IMG/VR virus record: IMGVR_UViG_3300003583_000001
Coordinates: 9,943-73,942 of that record
Reading direction: 5' to 3' (one strand)
Length of the DNA stretch: 64,000 nucleotides
Source of the DNA: a virus
The notes below the pieces were generated by a model. It made no database searches and had not been told where the DNA came from. It saw nothing but the letters and a program-made list of their open reading frames with translations. Position numbers and translations under genes: made by a program. Shown piece by piece: positions 62,215 through 64,000 of this stretch. Within the stretch, counting starts at the first letter, position 1, and each line of letters starts with the position of its first letter.

Positions 62215-62707
62215 GTTTAAAATTTTCGGGTGTAAGTGGCATTACACTATATTTGGCACGAGGAGATTTTCGAGCAGACAGTTTAAAACTGTCCTCACCA
62301 TCTTTTGTCATAGAAACAGTTAGTCCTTCCACTTCTTTTTTAGTCCAAATACCAAACCACAAATCATTGGGCGAAACACCAAGACAGAAAGCATAGTCAT
62401 AATCTACATCTTTTTTCAACCCATTGAACTGAAACCCACCACTAGTGTCTTCAGTGGCAAGTTTGTTTTCAAATGTAACTTTGGACTCAGTAAGAATATC
62501 AAATTCTCCTTTACCACCGTTGATAATCTCGGCGGGCATACCAACAAGTTTTTTTATCAAAGTGGCAGTAACCTCTTCTCCGAAATCACCTTTAGGCGTC
62601 ATTGCAGCAGCCTTAACTACTTCATATTTAGAATTAATCCATTTATCTTCAACTCTAGTGGCAAGACGTTCCACCAAAGGCGCAATCATTTCATCAATAG
62701 TATTCAT
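62192..62707 (-). CDS. putative type II restriction-endonuclease-like protein
   Basis: KGDFGE...FDI......ENKLA......FQF.GL....YD...CLG; PD-(D/E)XK-like; overlaps the MTase start. Confidence 0.55.
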   Translation of the reverse strand: MNTIDEMIAPLVERLATRVEDKWINSKYEVVKAAAMTPKGDFGEEVTATLIKKLVGMPAEIINGGKGEFDILTESKVTFENKLATEDTSGGFQFNGLKKDVDYDYAFCLGVSPNDLWFGIWTKKEVEGLTVSMTKDGEDSFKLSARKSPRAKYSVMPLTPENFKREVSRIV

Positions 62708-62762
62708 AACAAAGTCTTCCTTTCACATCACAGAGAGAGCGTTCTCTCTATTTCATAATCCT

Positions 62763-62791
62763 ATTATAGACTGATCAACAGTCGCTGTCAA
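62763..62791 (-). promoter_or_regulatory. consensus sigma70 promoter for the nuclease-methylase pair
   Basis: TTGACA-17nt-TATAAT followed by an AGAGA...TCTCT stem-loop. Confidence 0.8.
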
Positions 62792-62798
62792 CCTTTTT

Positions 62799-63191
62799 TT
62801 ATCGTTTTCCACCAATATTATATTTTGCTACGAGTTCCCATTCGCTCTTCTCTTTGTATGGAAGAATTTTAATCTGTGCTAGTGGCGCAATATTGCCTTG
62901 TGACTTTTCTGGTTCTACAATTTTGACCAAATCCCACTCTTCAAGCAGGTTAGCAATCGTGTTACGACGCCCTTTATCTTCTTCTGAAAACGAAGAACTC
63001 TTACCGTCTAGAGTGAACAGTTCCTTGAAGTGAACGATATAATACTTACCCTTCTTATGTAGAATATGACAGGATTGATATAGCTTCTTGTCTTTTCTGG
63101 ATGCAACACCGATACGAGTCAGAGTTTCCTTTACTTTTAGAAATGCTTCTTCGTTACCTAGTTCCACTTCCACTAATGTTTCAACACTCAT
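62799..63191 (-). CDS. regA: translational repressor RegA
   Basis: FLKVKETLTRIGVAS...LYQSCHILHK.G.YYIVHFKELF.LDG...RRNTI..LL..W. Confidence 0.97.
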   Translation of the reverse strand: MSVETLVEVELGNEEAFLKVKETLTRIGVASRKDKKLYQSCHILHKKGKYYIVHFKELFTLDGKSSSFSEEDKGRRNTIANLLEEWDLVKIVEPEKSQGNIAPLAQIKILPYKEKSEWELVAKYNIGGKR

Positions 63192-63586
63192 TTCACGCCA
63201 CCTTTTTCTTGTTTTTGTTTGATACGCCCTATTTGATCCGCTGATAGAATCTTTAGGTACTGTAGAGCAACTTGTTTATTGCAGCCATAATAACTGGATA
63301 TGATATTTATATTTTCATCATCTTCAGGTTTAGACCACTTAGCAAAGCGTTTCCGGCGACGAAGAACGCTATGATAGTAGTCAAACTGCAATTTGTTGTC
63401 AAGATGGTGTAGCGTATTCATCTCATTTGCGTGTAGTATTGCATCTGGATGATATGAGAGCGCTCTATTAGAGAGAAAGGCGTTGTAATTCTTCTCAGCA
63501 AGAGCATCGTTCTCTGTGCCTCGCATGAGGTCTTTCTTTGTGTCTGATACTGCTTTGACGTAATCAAATGGGTTACTCATTTCCAA
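63188..63586 (-). CDS. 62: clamp loader small subunit (T4 gp62)
   Basis: PFDYV..I...K...Y..F..NRALS...D....ANEMN...Q..Y...RKRFAKW...YY.....A..Y..IL...GG. Confidence 0.92.
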   Translation of the reverse strand: MEMSNPFDYVKAVSDTKKDLMRGTENDALAEKNYNAFLSNRALSYHPDAILHANEMNTLHHLDNKLQFDYYHSVLRRRKRFAKWSKPEDDENINIISSYYGCNKQVALQYLKILSADQIGRIKQKQEKGGVK

Positions 63587-64000
63587 GTGACCTCAAACAT
63601 GATAGCAGTGAGAAACGCCATGATGTTGATTTCAGGGTCAGCAGCAAACGAGTGCTTGTATTGATACTCACCAAGAGTAATCACAACACCAGGAACAGAA
63701 TTATCAGACACTTCTTCCCATGCTGTATCATAGAATGCACGGAAGAACTGTGAAGCATCCATATCACTATTCTCGCCAACCCACTTACGAACAGATTGAT
63801 ACTCTTTCGCTTTCATGTGAGTAATGAGTTGTTTGAACGACTCTTGGTTTAGATTTGCTAGTATGCCAGAATCAATACGCCCAGTAGAAGCGTAACGCTG
63901 GCACTCGTTGATAACCCTACGCCAATCAGGAAAGTGTAGATTAACCAGTTCAGCAACGACTTTATCTTCAAATTCAACATTTTCATTCGTGAGAATATCA
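63577..64000 (-). CDS. 44: clamp loader large subunit (T4 gp44), C-terminal part
   Basis: HFPDWRRVINECQRY...G.ID.GIL...RKWV..N...YQYK..F.AD.EIN; runs off the window edge. Confidence 0.93.
   Translation of the reverse strand, partial: DILTNENVEFEDKVVAELVNLHFPDWRRVINECQRYASTGRIDSGILANLNQESFKQLITHMKAKEYQSVRKWVGENSDMDASQFFRAFYDTAWEEVSDNSVPGVVITLGEYQYKHSFAADPEINIMAFLTAIMFEVTWK

Overview
A 64 kb segment of a large T4-like myovirus genome, probably marine. It contains baseplate and head genes (gp48, 4, 2, 54, 26, 51, a gp29-like tape measure) and replication/transcription genes (gp32, 59, 33, rnh, 61, 41, uvsX, regA, 62, 44). It also carries nucleotide and one-carbon genes (nrdAB, glutaredoxin, thyX, dCMP deaminase, glyA, purM, two purS), phoH, a PiT-like transporter, hsp20, an Alt-like ADP-ribosyltransferase and four tRNAs. 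A circularly permuted two-piece tmRNA, an Ile2-type tRNA and a ROSE-like leader point to an alphaproteobacterial host (inference). The most unusual elements are: (1) a late six-gene operon of exported proteins with a Csu/SCPU-like pilin and a PapD-like chaperone but no usher, followed by an apparent late structured ncRNA; (2) a complete tRNA nested in frame inside a protein gene, plus a glyA stop codon inside tRNA-Thr, near the phage tmRNA; (3) a duplicated capsid-targeting-like leader on a nuclease-like and a protease-like gene; (4) a late glycosyl/methyl/sulfotransferase operon; (5) a repeated early-promoter module; (6) a restriction-modification-like pair. All family calls come from motif recognition by eye; no database searches were run.
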